In this document: positions 40,402 through 53,583 of the stretch, piece after piece
Layout of the letters: every line of letters starts with the position of its first letter
Numbering within the stretch: position 1 is the stretch's first letter
Origin: Ptychomitrium polyphyllum
Taxonomy: Eukaryota
Length of the DNA: 64,000 nt
Reading direction: 5' to 3'
Assembly (NCBI GenBank): GCA_973851085.1
Contig: OZ316775.1
Coordinates: 20,832,001 to 20,896,000 of the forward strand
Made by a program: the position numbers and the translations under genes
Notes under the pieces: generated by a model
What the model was told of the DNA's origin: nothing
The model's database searches: none
The model's input: the letters and a program-made list of their open reading frames with translations, nothing else

Positions 40402-42910
40402 CCCTCTAATTAGTAGAGAGTTTTATTATGGTCACACATGTTTATAGTTACCAAATTTCTATGTACTTCTAAACAACTCAACAACTTAAAGAATTTTATT
40501 TTTATTTTAATATTTCCCTCTAATAATATGCAATGTAGTTCTTTCTTAGAAATCTCCTTGTGGTTTATTTGAAGTGTAATGAAATATAATGGTAGAAAAT
40601 TATAATTCTTATGTATTTTTAAAAATTAAATAAAAGCATTACTAACAATTTTTATTAATTCAACTTAGCAATTTTGTCTTTCAAATTTTATAAATAAAAT
40701 AGATGGATATAAATTAAGATTTATAAATTAAAGAATCATTAATATAAATTTAACTTATTTTTAATATGGAATTGTTTAAATGACTTTGTATTGCACTTTA
40801 TAAATTTATATGCAACTATTTTTTTATAAAACTTGTTAGTTTATAAATTGCAAGGTAAAAATTACCACCTCATAAATAAAATAGAATCTTGTAATATATA
40901 TATAATGATTCAATAACAATTTTACAAAAAATCCAATGTTTATATAATCTTCTATTTCATTCTTTTAGATTTATTATTATGACAAACTAATTTTTTTAAA
41001 GAATCATATCCAAAATACAAAAAAAATAATTAAATTACTAGTCTTTGAAAAAATAAGATAAGAAATAAAAAAGTTAGTAAAATTTGAATGAGTGTAATTC
41101 AAAATCTATAATACAAACCGTTTTCTTCATGGAATATGTCAAGATATGTATTTACAAAATAATTTTAAAATTTAAATTGTGCAAGTCATTACTAGATTTT
41201 GATTATTTTATATTTTTCAAAAAAAACCTTTTACAAATCTAATGTAATTAATTTGAAATTAATTAAAGAAGAAATTGTATAAGCTTGTCTATGAAAAAAT
41301 GCCATTGCTCATAAATAACTTTTCATAAGTTACATTTTTATACTTCTGAAACTTTAGCAATAGGAATACAAATTTTTTTAAAATTAAATTGAAATTATAA
41401 TTTTAAGATTTATACAAAGATTGAAAAATCTTTGCTTGAATGATGCCCTTGATTAAACTTCATTGCAATTCAGAAGACATATTTAATTAGATACAAAAAT
41501 AGGTAAATTTTATATTAATTTTTTTTGTATTTAAATAATCCATTCAATACTTCAAAACCCATTGACAATTTCTAATAATCATTGAATTTACATGTGTAGT
41601 AAGAAATCATTTTTCTTTGCAAATGGTCCATTCATACTACAAATAAATAATACAGTTTTTTTATAAATTTAAATAATATTAATTTCTAAACTAATAATCT
41701 TTGTTAGAATAAAGATATAGAAATGTGGTATTTTTAAAGTAATGTTTATAAATAAATTTTTAATACATAATAAAAGCCTTTAAAAGATGGTATAAGACAT
41801 TATATAAAACATTTGATGGAAATTGGAAATGTTTTACAATTAAAAAAATTTAAATTGTCATAATGATTTTATTTAACAATATATTTACATATCATTTTTA
41901 AACTAATAATTATGTGCTTGAAGTTTGAATTTATAATGTTAATTGTTCATTTTTCAAAGTGTTGTAAAAAATCCATTCTTTACATCTACAATCCATCAAT
42001 TAATACAATGTATTTTCTTTCAAAATCCTTTTAGATTTATCCTCTAAAAGATCTACATCTTTTCAAATGTTTCATCATTATCTTTAAAAACCTTCCAAAT
42101 TCAATTACCTTTTTTATTGTTTTTTTTTTTGTTTTTGTATTTATTACAAATATAATATTAATAAGCTTGCTATAAAATGTATTTAGTTGTATATACACCT
42201 TTCAGATCATAAATAGTGTTGTTGGTTTTTGCACCACAAATGATTTAAAATAAAATTAATAAATTTTTAATTTCTTTGAAAATTAATTAATATTTATAAA
42301 AGAAAACTCATGCATTTATGAAATTTTGTTATAGATTCATTCAAAGTCTTCTTTCTAGCTAAAATTCTACTTGTAAAATCAAATCACATCAATATAGCAG
42401 CAATCAACAAGAATATTAAAAGCTATGACATATCAATGAGATAATACAATTTTCTTTGCATTGCATGTAATACCTAATTAAGTAATTTCAACCAAAATCT
42501 CTTTTACTTTTGAATTGAAAAATGTGAACATTCATTGTAATTGAGCTCATTCCATAATGTTATTAAGCAAGAAGAGATCATATCCTCTTTAAATATAATA
42601 ATTGAGTATGTGTCATATTTTGATGAGTCTAAACATTAGTAAGATATGTTGGTTTTGAAAGGATTTCCTATTACATTTTTTAGAACGTCATAACTCCTTA
42701 ATTTACTAGGATAATTGATAGTGTAAGCTATAAATTAGCTTCCATTTTTTTCTAGCAATGCACCATATATCATATAAGAATTGGCATTTCAACAAAGCCA
42801 TCATCAATAAGACAATTCTAAAGCATATTTATCTAAAATTGGTAAAAAACATTTTCATATTGATACCTTTATATGCCTTATAGCAACATATGCTTAAAAT
42901 TTCTAGTAGC

Positions 42911-43339
42911 TATTACGAATAGAGTAATAACAAAGCAAGGCTTCAGGAATCTAAGATATCAAAGAAAGTATGTTCAAGGTATATTAGAAGCAAAGGGCTA
43001 TTACAAGGTATAAGGATATGGCTAGGAGGTTTAAATTAGACCATAAGAGATGCTTTGTTGAGATTGAAGATCACTTTAGCTTCAACTCCAATATATACTA
43101 GGACTACAAGCCTTGGAAGCTTTTTGAGAAGCTTCTAACTCAATGCTTTATACTCAAACAACCTTGGATTACTTTTATGGAACCTTCTTTAATCAAGGAA
43201 ACTTTCTTAAAAGCTTTTTTAATCAAGGTAACTTCCTTAGATGCTTCCATTACTAAAGTAACTTCTTTGGAAGCTTCTTTAGCCTTTTAAAACCTTCTAA
43301 GAATATTTCTAGAAGCTTCTATTATATATATTTGTAACA
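42911..43339 (-). repeat. LTR family A, 3' LTR of the outer element
   Basis: Ends tattac...tgtaaca; similar to 55130-55297 (same orientation) and to 56290-56633 (inverted). Confidence 0.85.
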
Positions 43340-46300
43340 TCACCTCCTTTTTTAGCTTTGAAGTAACTAAAGAGCATATTGTGATAAGTCCTCAAACTTG
43401 TAGGAAGACAAAAATTTATTGCATGGTTTCTGCAACATATTCCAATTGCCTTTCACAATTCAAATGATTCATGAGTCCTTGCAACCACCAATAGTGAGCA
43501 TTGCCTTCCATTTGAGATCAAGTATAAACTTCCATATTTTTGTTGTGACAGTTTTCTTCAAATACAACTTTTGAATAACCTTCATAGACAAGCTCTACTT
43601 CAAAGACAATCACTAACGATCCATTATTAGATATCCTTTGACGTCTTTTTGGTCCAATTATTTCTTTATCTTGAGGTCGTTGACGCAAGCTACTTGCTTA
43701 GATTGACATCACTAGCATATTATATGTATTTTGATTGTTCATATGTAATATACAAAATTAACCTAAACTAACTGTGATAAATTCAAAATACAGAGAATTG
43801 GACTCTATATCATATATAAAGCTCAAAAAACTTATGTTCTAGGAATAGCTTTTTCTCTTGTTTAAAAACTTATGAATTAAAAATTCGAGGTTACGCAACA
43901 TTGTTAAGCCACTCTTCTCTATGCTGTTACTTTTGGTTTGGATGGATGTTGTTGATGGAACTCACAAATCTTAAATAACAAATTGGCAAGATTATTAGTT
44001 GGCTCCCATGTGTGTTTACTGATATTATATTTGTGCCAATAGACCAAATATTCCAGTTTTCTATATTTTATTTGTGAATCAAGCACTTCTTCTATTTCAA
44101 ATTCATGATGATTGTTGATTTTTACCACTGGTGGTGGCAATTGTCTTTGTCTATGGATGATTGATTCTTTATACGCTTTTAAAAATAAAACGTAAAAAAT
44201 TAGATATACTTTCATTGATGCTAAGAACTTCAAACAATATGCCATGTGATTGACTTGTTTTTGAATTGCAATAATTCCTATCTGCAATAGTCCAGCTTGT
44301 CACATGGCCTGTTGGTTTTTATATTGTGTCAAAGCAGCTACACCTTCTCACCAATTTAAAATGGAGGCTGTTCTTTTTTTTGTTGGATTTGCTATTGCTT
44401 TGTATTATTCTTGAGCGTCTTCCAATTGAATCATCATGGTTGCTTGAAGCTTTGCTAGTTTCATGGCAAATTCCTTTGCTATTGGATTTTCAAACCATAG
44501 AGGCTATAAACATATCCATCTTTAGATGGTGTCCATACTTAAAGTAAAATGGTATTTGTTGGGTGGAAGTGTGAGCAATGTTATTGTAAACAAATCAAGC
44601 CAATGTTAAGTCATGTATCCAATTATCTTGATGATAATTAATGGTATATTTTAGATATTATTTTAAGATATGATTGATTTGCTTTATTTGGCCATCTGTT
44701 TGAAGATGGAAGATAAAAAAAAGTTAAATGTCTCCCGTAAGGATTTCTAAAATTGACTTTTAAAATTTGATAAGATTTATGGCCCACAATTTAATATACT
44801 TACGTTAAACAATCCATGCTAACAATAGACATTATATGTAAAGATTGTAGCAATCACCTTGCCTATTATTGTCTTCTTGCAAGGTACAAATTGTGCCAAT
44901 TTGATCAACCAATTTACCATTACAAAGATCATATCAAAAAAATATGACAGTGAAAGATTTGTGATGAAATCTGTGGAAACAAATGACAATGGTTGCTTTG
45001 GAATAGGCAATGGTTGAAGAAGTCTATATGGGTAGTGTTTTGGATTTTGCGACCGAGAATAGGTATCATATGAGAGTACAAATTTCTTAACAACCTTCTA
45101 TATTTGAGGCTACCAAAAGTCATAAAAAAAGAGTTCCAAATTCTTGTTGAATCCAAAATGTTCAACTGTAGGAAAGTTATAATATGTTTAAAGTATACAA
45201 AAGTAGGTTGGTTCTTCAGGAAAATATAGGCATTTTTCAAAGTACTAGAGTTTCTCTTCAAACTTGAACTTAAATACATTTTTAGAAAGGTTGTTGGAAC
45301 AATGTTTGATATAAAAAACAAGAGGGTCTGTAATAGATGTTACATAAATTTTGTTAAGGAATAATTAGTCCACTAGGGCTGAAATAACAATTGTGCATAT
45401 ACAAAATTGTTTAGGCTTCAACAAAATTGTTTGTTATTAATTGTGTGTTGCCTTTTCCTCCTTTAGTGTAAGATAGGTCTGCCTAGACAAAGCATTTGAC
45501 AATCCTTGTTGTTTTCCGAGTCAATATGTGATGCAAAAATTAAATTGAGATTAGAATATATTCCAATAAGCTTAGCAACAATTCAAAATATGGGCTGACA
45601 TGAAATATTTAAGGTTCTTATAGTCTAAATATGCAGAACCTAGATGCATGGCATCTTTGAGTAAGTGGAATCATTTTTAGAAGGAATCTACAATTGCTAG
45701 GAATTCTTTGTTATAAATCTAATAATTGATTTTTGTAGTGGATTTTTTTTGGAATGGAATGTAAGTGGGTGGAATTTCCCTTTTTCTCCTGGCTATGACA
45801 AAATTGCTCCTAATGCAAAGTAAAAAGCATTTGTCTCCATATAAAATGGCTTAAAACAATTTGGATGGACTAAAGTAAGAGCTGTAGCAGAAGCTTGCTT
45901 AAAACTTTGGAATGCATCTTTGGCATCTAGTCTCCATTCAATTTTTTCCTTGCATGTTAATTGCGTGAGTGACGCAGCTGTTCAAGAATAGTCTTTGATG
46001 ACGATCCTATAAAATTTGCAAATCCAAGAAAGCATTAAACATCACATACTAATTTTGACCTTGTTCAATTGTTGATTGCTTCATTTTTTTTTGGATCCAT
46101 TAATATTCCTTTGTTCAAGATGATATAGCTAAGAAATTCCACTTCAGGTTTGTTGAAGACACATTTTTCCAACTTGGCATATAAATCAACATCTCATAGT
46201 TTTTGTAGGATTATGCGGACATGTTGTTCATGTTCCTCTAGGTTCTTTGAATAAATCAAGATATCATCCAAATAGCATATGATAAAATCATCAAGTTACT

Positions 46301-47169
46301 TGCAAAATACATCACTCATCAGACCTTGGAATATGGTAGCTGCGTTGGTAAGTCCAAAAAATGTAACATTGTATTCAAAATGTCAATACCTGGTTCAAAA
46401 TACCGTCTTTCATTCATTCTTTTTTTTAATGTGCACTAAGTTACAAGCTCCTTACAGGTCTATTTTGGTATAGATCCTTGTTAAGCCAAGTCAATCAAGA
46501 AGTCCAAATATCAGCGGCAATGAATATCAGTTCTTTACCTTTATTTTGTTGAGGCCTCAATAATCAATATACATTCATAAAGATCCATCTTTCTTCTTTA
46601 TAAAAAGTATCAGGATTTTAGTAGGAGACTTTGAATGTTATATGAAATTTTTAGCTAATTTTTCATCAATATACTCTTTAAGTGCCAAAAGCATGATTTG
46701 GAATAAGTTATAAAAAGATTCAAATGGTAGTTGAGTATCGTCTTAGAGGTCAATGGCACAATTGTAAGAATAATATTTTGGTATGATATATGCATTTTTT
46801 TTTAATACATCTTAGAACTCCTTACACATTTTTGAAATGATTGATGATTAAACCACATCTGTGGACGTTGGAGTTGTATACACAGTAGAAGAAGTGTCGT
46901 TTTTTGCTACCTTCATAAATACTCTATCTTCAATAAATAAAGGCTTTTCTGGCCTTAAGGTCTGTGAAATGCATGAACTTTCTTTCTAAGCTTGGTATTT
47001 ATAGGTTCTAATGTTGAAAATTTTATTTTACAAGATGCTCAATTTATATGCATATTGTATTTTTTCAATCAAGAGAGTTTGAAAATAATGGAACTTGATA
47101 GAGATTTAATGATATTAAATATTACTTAGCTACTATGATTGTCCAATATCGTTTTTAATGAATTGGTCT

Positions 47170-47752
47170 TGTTAGGGATACAAGAAACAAGAAGCAGAAA
47201 CGAAGTGTTTCCCGAGAATTAGCTTCCAAAGAGCTAATGATTAACAAGAACTTGATACAAAGATTAGAACAAGGTAGGATTTAAAATGATCCTCAACTTG
47301 TGTTGGCAAAACTAAGGAATACCTTGTCTTGCCTCCTATTTATATTATGATGCTTGTATCTTCTAGGCTACTTCTAAAGAAGCTTCCTACAAAGCTTAAG
47401 AATGTTTTAGAAGTCTAGGAAACCTTTCCAAGAAGTTTTCTAAGATATTGGAACCTTCCTAAGAAGCTTCCAAGGAATTGGAACCATCCATGGAAGTTTT
47501 CTAAGATGTTGGAACAATCCATGGAAGTTTCTTAAGGAAGTGGAACTTTCCTAGAAAGGTTCCTAGGAAGTTACTTGAGATGATGGAGCCTCCCAAGGAA
47601 GTTTTCAAAGATGGAAGAACATTCTTAGGAAGCTTCCTAAAAACATGGAAAGACTCTGGAGACATTTAAAAGTATTCTAAAAAGCTACTATAATATACCA
47701 GAAGGTTCTAAAATGTTCTAAAGACCATATTGCATAATCTATGTCCGTGACA
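47170..47752 (-). repeat. LTR family B, 3' LTR of the inner element
   Basis: TG...CA termini; minus-strand TATAAATA at 47337-47344; ~30-bp subrepeats at 47430-47570. Confidence 0.92.
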
Positions 47753-50700
47753 TCATTTCTCTATTTAGCGACAAGTCTCATGAGGAGCTCTTTTTATTAC
47801 TTGTTTGTCACATTTTCATAAATTCCAAAATTTGTTGAAGGAGTGAAGCAACATATTTTGCACTTTATTCTTTGTTCATTGGTTCAATTGGTCCTTGCAA
47901 GAAGCGTCGATGACCACCAGCCAAGACTTTTGTTGTTGAAATGTCTCATTCCAAGATTTGATCTTGATTAAGTCCTTCAAAACATCCTCTAAATAAGATC
48001 TCGGGTCCTCTAAGAGTGACTCTTCCAATTTCTAACAAGATGACTAGAATACGAGCATTTGAATCAAGAGTGGAATGTGAAAGGCGATTAGCCAATACTT
48101 CTGAACAAGGTCGTACCCAACGTTGGAATGTCCCTCTCATATCTTGACTTAGATCCTTTGTTACTAAAGGCTGAGAAAGTTGAGTTGGTTCAACAGATGC
48201 TGTTGTTGATGAAGGCATGGTCAACTGCTCTTCACGCATATTTATGATAATATATAGATTTGACATACTAGCTAGGATCTAAAAATGATCTATCTTAGAA
48301 ATAATGCTGCATACAGTTGAAGGTTTGGATATCTCTCCTTCTTTCTTATACTTGTCTATGAAAGAAAAACTTCTACGTGAAGCTAATGGCTATTGATGAT
48401 ATGTCATCAGTAACTTGGTTTCTAACGATATCTTTGATGAAATTTGCGTACCTTCTTGGATGCATTTGTTACATTCATTGAAGGTTCTCATGTTTGGTCA
48501 TTGATGCCATATACTTGCCAATGTATAAAATACTCCACATGTGCGTTCTTGATGCGTGAATCTAAGATCTCTTGCACTTCATATTCCATTTCATTATTGA
48601 TTTCCAGCAAAGGAGGTGGAGAAATAATTTTCTTTGTTAGACATGAGTTGTTCTAGGTTTCCAACAACGATACGTGGAACATCGGATGAATTTGCATGCT
48701 TGGTGGTAACTTTAGGCAATAACTAACCGGATTTATCTATTTGCTGATTTCAAACGGTCCTAGCCTTTGATGGTCCAACTTCTTTGATGGCCTTTTTGTT
48801 TGTATATTTTGTCATAGGAGCCATACGCTATCTCCAACCTTGAATTTTGGATGGTCCTTCCAATGGTAATCTACATAAGATTTGTAACAATTTTGAGCTT
48901 GTTCTAATTAGAAAGTAATTTCTTGATGGATTTTAGCAAGTTAAGTTGCAAAATTCTCTGCTGGAGGACTTCCAACATGCTTCACTTGAAATGGATCTGC
49001 TCGAGGATAATGACCATAGTTTGCAAAGAATGAATTTTGAGTTATTGAAAAATGCATTGTATTGTTGTAAGCAAACTTTGCCAAAGACAAGAGGTCCATC
49101 CAGTTGTCTTGCTGGTAGTTTATGTTACAACAAAGGTACTGCTTCAAAATTTAATTCACATGTTTGGTTTAACCATCAGTTTGCGGATGGTGTGCTGAAG
49201 AAAGGTTGATCTGTACACACAACAACTGGAATAGAGCCCTTCAAAAGTTGGAAATGAACTACGGCCTTTGATCAGATACAATATCATCTAGTAGTTCATG
49301 TATGCGGTAGACGTGATTTAGGAACAACTTGGCAATTTCTTCTCTTTTTTTCGTTTAATTACATGGAATGAAATGTGTCATTTTGGTAAATCAATCCACC
49401 ACTACCAAAATAAAATCCTTAGAATTGGAATTTGGAAGGTCCTTGATAAAATCCATTGTCAATGACAACCATGGACTCTTTTGCACTAGAAGCAGATGGA
49501 AAAGACTATGAGGTTGGTGTCTTGGTACCTTGAGCTTTGCGCAAGTGTTGCATGATCAAATAAAGTCCTTCACGTATTTCCACATTTGTGGCCATCAATA
49601 GTCTCTAGCAATCAACTCTATTTTTTTATTGAATCCAAAGTGTTTTGCTATTGAAAAATTATGACGTGCTTGAAGGATCTTCAACTGCAAAGGGCCTAGA
49701 GGTAGATACAAAAGTCTTTTATAATAAAGTAGGCCCTTTTAGAATTCAAAGTCTTCATCATTATTTGAAGGATCTCCATTGTCTTTGAGGCGCTTCCTTC
49801 TATTTGAAATAAAGACATCATTCTTCAAAGCCTTCTAAATTTTGTCAAGATGGGATGTTGTAGTAACAATTGCTGCTTTTAATTGAAGATTCTTTAGCTT
49901 CAATAAAGTAGTCCTTTGTTCATCCAAAACATCATCTCCAAATTGAGGAGCTAAATAAAATCTTTGAGATAAAGCATCTAACTTACCTTGTAGGCTACTA
50001 GGTTGATAGGTAATGACAAAGTCAAATCTGGAAAGCGACATACTCCACCTTGTTTGACAGTGATTCAAAACATGCACACTCATAAAATACTCCAAGTTTT
50101 TGTGGTCTATATATATCATAATGGTATGTTAAGCTCCTTCCAACAAGTGTCGCCATTCTTCAAATGCATCCACAATTGCAAGTAGTTCTTTATCATGTAT
50201 ATCATAATTGATCTCTACTACTAAGAACTTCCTCAAATGAAAGGCAAGAGGGTGAAGTCTCCCGTCTTCATCATATTGAGAGAGTACTGAGCCAAGTGTA
50301 AAATTTGAGGCATCTGCTTCCAAATAGAAACATTTTGATGGATTTGAATGAATAAAGATTGGAGCTAATGTGAATGAATTCTTAAGATTTTGAAATACTC
50401 TTTCTACCTCTTCATTCCAAGTGAATTTTTGCTTCCCTGTAAGACGTGTCAATGGTGCGGCAATCTTGGAATAATCATTGATGAATATCTTGTAGAAGTT
50501 TGCAAATTCCAAAAAGCATTAAATATTTCGAATTGATCTTGGCGTACTCCACTCCATGATAATGCTTATTTTCTTCTTATTCATATGGATTCCTCCTTTG
50601 GAAATGATATCGCCTAAAAACTCAACCGAGGATTTATAGAAAAGGCACTTGGTTGCAAAATCCTTGTCTATGAAACATGCCGTTGTACTAGTGTCTAAAA

Positions 50701-53569
50701 GAGCTTCACTAATTAATTCATCATCTAATAACTTAATTTTGATAGGAAATGTAAAGCAAGAGGTAGGGTTTGAAAGTAGTAAGAGACTTTGATTTGATGG
50801 TGGTTTCTTTGTGGTATCCAGTTGCATGGTTCCTACTATAATTAGGCAGCCTTGTTTTCCAATTCCATTATTGTGCTTTGAACCTTAAAGGCAAATTCTT
50901 TGATTTGGCAATCGCACACTTTATGTTTAGACTTGCTACAATATAAACATAGATTTTCGCTTCCACGCCTTTTTTTTTTCTTTCTAGAGTCAAACATTGT
51001 CGTAATATATTTAATTGTATAGTTTAAAACTTGAATAATATTTGTTATTTGGTGTATTTGGAAAAGAGTATTAGGAAAAAAGAAATTAGATTAAAATAAA
51101 GGTCATGGTGAAACCACGATATTTATTTATCTTGGAGGTGAAATTGCATCTTGTCTTAGCTTAGCATAATTAGGCTGATTAACTGTAATTTTTCCTACCT
51201 GCCGCTTTCGCTAGCAGTACCAAGCCAAGTGCTGCCGTTCTACTCAACAAATTCAACAATAATTGAACTCGGACCGGTTCAACAGTTGAAACTTATCCAG
51301 TCAACCAAGTTCATGACTTGGTGTCTGAACCTACCTCAACAATGGTTTTATTCTTAACTTGTTTCTTGTTGAATTTCAATCATTTTCCTACTTTCTTTAA
51401 TTTATTTTAGTTTATTTTAGTTTCTGTTTTAGACTTGTGAGGGTTGATTTTATCTTCTCTATAGTTGGAACCTATAAGATTCAACTAAAAGAAAAAAAAG
51501 AAAGAAAAGCAAAAAAAAAAGATTTAAGTTGTTTTTTATTTAAAGATATGGTTAGATAAGGGGCAAATGTGGCGGTTTGACTACTGCCCTCTTTTTCTTT
51601 CTCGATCTCTCACATTAGAATAAGAAGGCAACCCTTCTTTGGATGAGATCTTATAGTCTACTTCTTAGTTTGAATTGATTTTTATTAGATTTTTTTTTTC
51701 TTTATAAACTTTCTAGAAAGCCATCACATGCTCCATTTGAAGTTAGTATGTGGTCGTAGCTTTAGTTTGAGTAAAGTTAAGTTAGCTGCCTTGAATTTCT
51801 GAGGGTAGCTAGTTTGAATGTTTGTAACTTCTTGTAGAAACGTCTTTTGTAAGTGAAATTTTTAGAAAAAGGTTCTAATTAATTTGAAAAGATGGTATCA
51901 AAATTTGGTGAGCATTGGACTTTTTGAAGAAAAGATACAAAGACAAATGCAATCGGGACATAAAAGGCCGTGTACAGTAGAGTTTGGGATTGTACAATTT
52001 GGGTCATTATAAATGATAGAAGGGTTTTCAAAGATTGATCTTTTGACAAGGTTTTAATTATAAGATATATATTATGTATACAAAATTCAAAGTTTGAATT
52101 TATCATAAAAAAAGAGTTATGAAGTGGTAAAGTGATAGGGATATATGAGCTATAATAATGAATAATGTAAACTTTGAAGTTATGGGTCTTAGAGGGTATC
52201 AAGGATTTGGCAACCAAAATTTATATATAGTCTTCTGAATGTTTTAAGAAAGTTTTGTTAAAATTTTAGATGCTTTGAATTATTTTATTAGAAATTATGA
52301 CATATTTAGCATTCGGAATTTTTAAAGTAGCGTAGAGGGAAAATTTGGGATAGGGTATTTGCTTCATTGGATGTTAGAAATATAAACTCTTCATACATCT
52401 TGACCTTGATCAATTAGATGCTAAAAAAGACCTTGTAATTTTTATAGCTACCACTTTCACCACGACAATGTCTAAATTGCGCAACATCAATTTGCATAGG
52501 TTTTGGTTCTTGTGGTTGGCTTTCCAATTCTCTTGAAGAAGCCGTAGCCATACTTTGATGTACTGGTTGTCATCCCAAGCATTTTTCTTAGCGCCTCCTA
52601 AATAGACTATTGTCACATATTATTACTTAAATGATGAATTTGTCCAATATTTTAACTCTTGGCATTGTGAGTAGCAAGTCCTTTACATTCATTCTTAAGC
52701 CCCATCGGAATTGTATAACCAAGGCCTTATCATTCCAATCAAGGTTACAAGCTAATTGTCAAAACTCTACAGCATATGTAGCAACTGAGTGCTGTCCTTA
52801 TTATAGACTTTGGATCCTTGTCTCAGCCACCCTCTCTTGGTCAGTGTCTCCAAAAGTAGATGTCACTGCTTCTATGAAAGCATCTAAGTTATTCAATAAT
52901 GGTGATTGCTTCTCCATTAATGGTGCAAACTATGATAATGCATTGTTTGATAAAAGAATGACCATAAATTCTACTTGAGTTGTGCAATCATGATAACAAG
53001 ATTGATATAAACTAAGGAAGAACCTTACTTCTTGAATAAAGCCTATCAAATTTTATCTTGATCCATTGAACTTATCTGGCATGCTAATCTTTGGCTCTGC
53101 ATAACTTTGACATAAGCCTTTTCTCCAAATATTGGCTTCTCGCAATTAAACAACCTCTTGATATAGATTTTGAATATCATCATTGGATTCTTCGGCTTGT
53201 CAAGTGTGTTGCTCTAAATTGTTGGTGGTATTAGTAGTGTTGGTGGTGTTGAAGCAAGCGAGTTTCATTTGAACTATATTTAATAACTTTTGAAGGTCAA
53301 TAATAGTTGCAAACCTATTCTTTGATGTTCCAGGCACGTTATTCATTTATAAAGACTGTCAAAGACAAGAAGACTATGAGTACCTTCAAAAGAGGGTAAT
53401 CCATGTCTTTTGAAAGAAATAGTACTTGGTCATTAGAAGGAGAAATCAACTCTATGGTGTCAATTTAGAGGAAAGTAATCCGCAACCTATAAGACGCTAC
53501 GGAATCCTAAAGAAGATGGATAATCCACAATCTTCTTCAAAGAACCTTAGTTCTGACAAAAATGAAGAA

Positions 53570-53581
53570 TAGTCTTGCCAA
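53570..53581 (-). promoter_or_regulatory. Self-priming primer-binding site of the inner element
   Basis: tagtcttgccaa (53570-53581, 2 nt from the LTR edge) is the exact reverse complement of ttggcaagacta (53717-53728) inside the 5' LTR. Confidence 0.85.
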
Positions 53582-53583
53582 AT

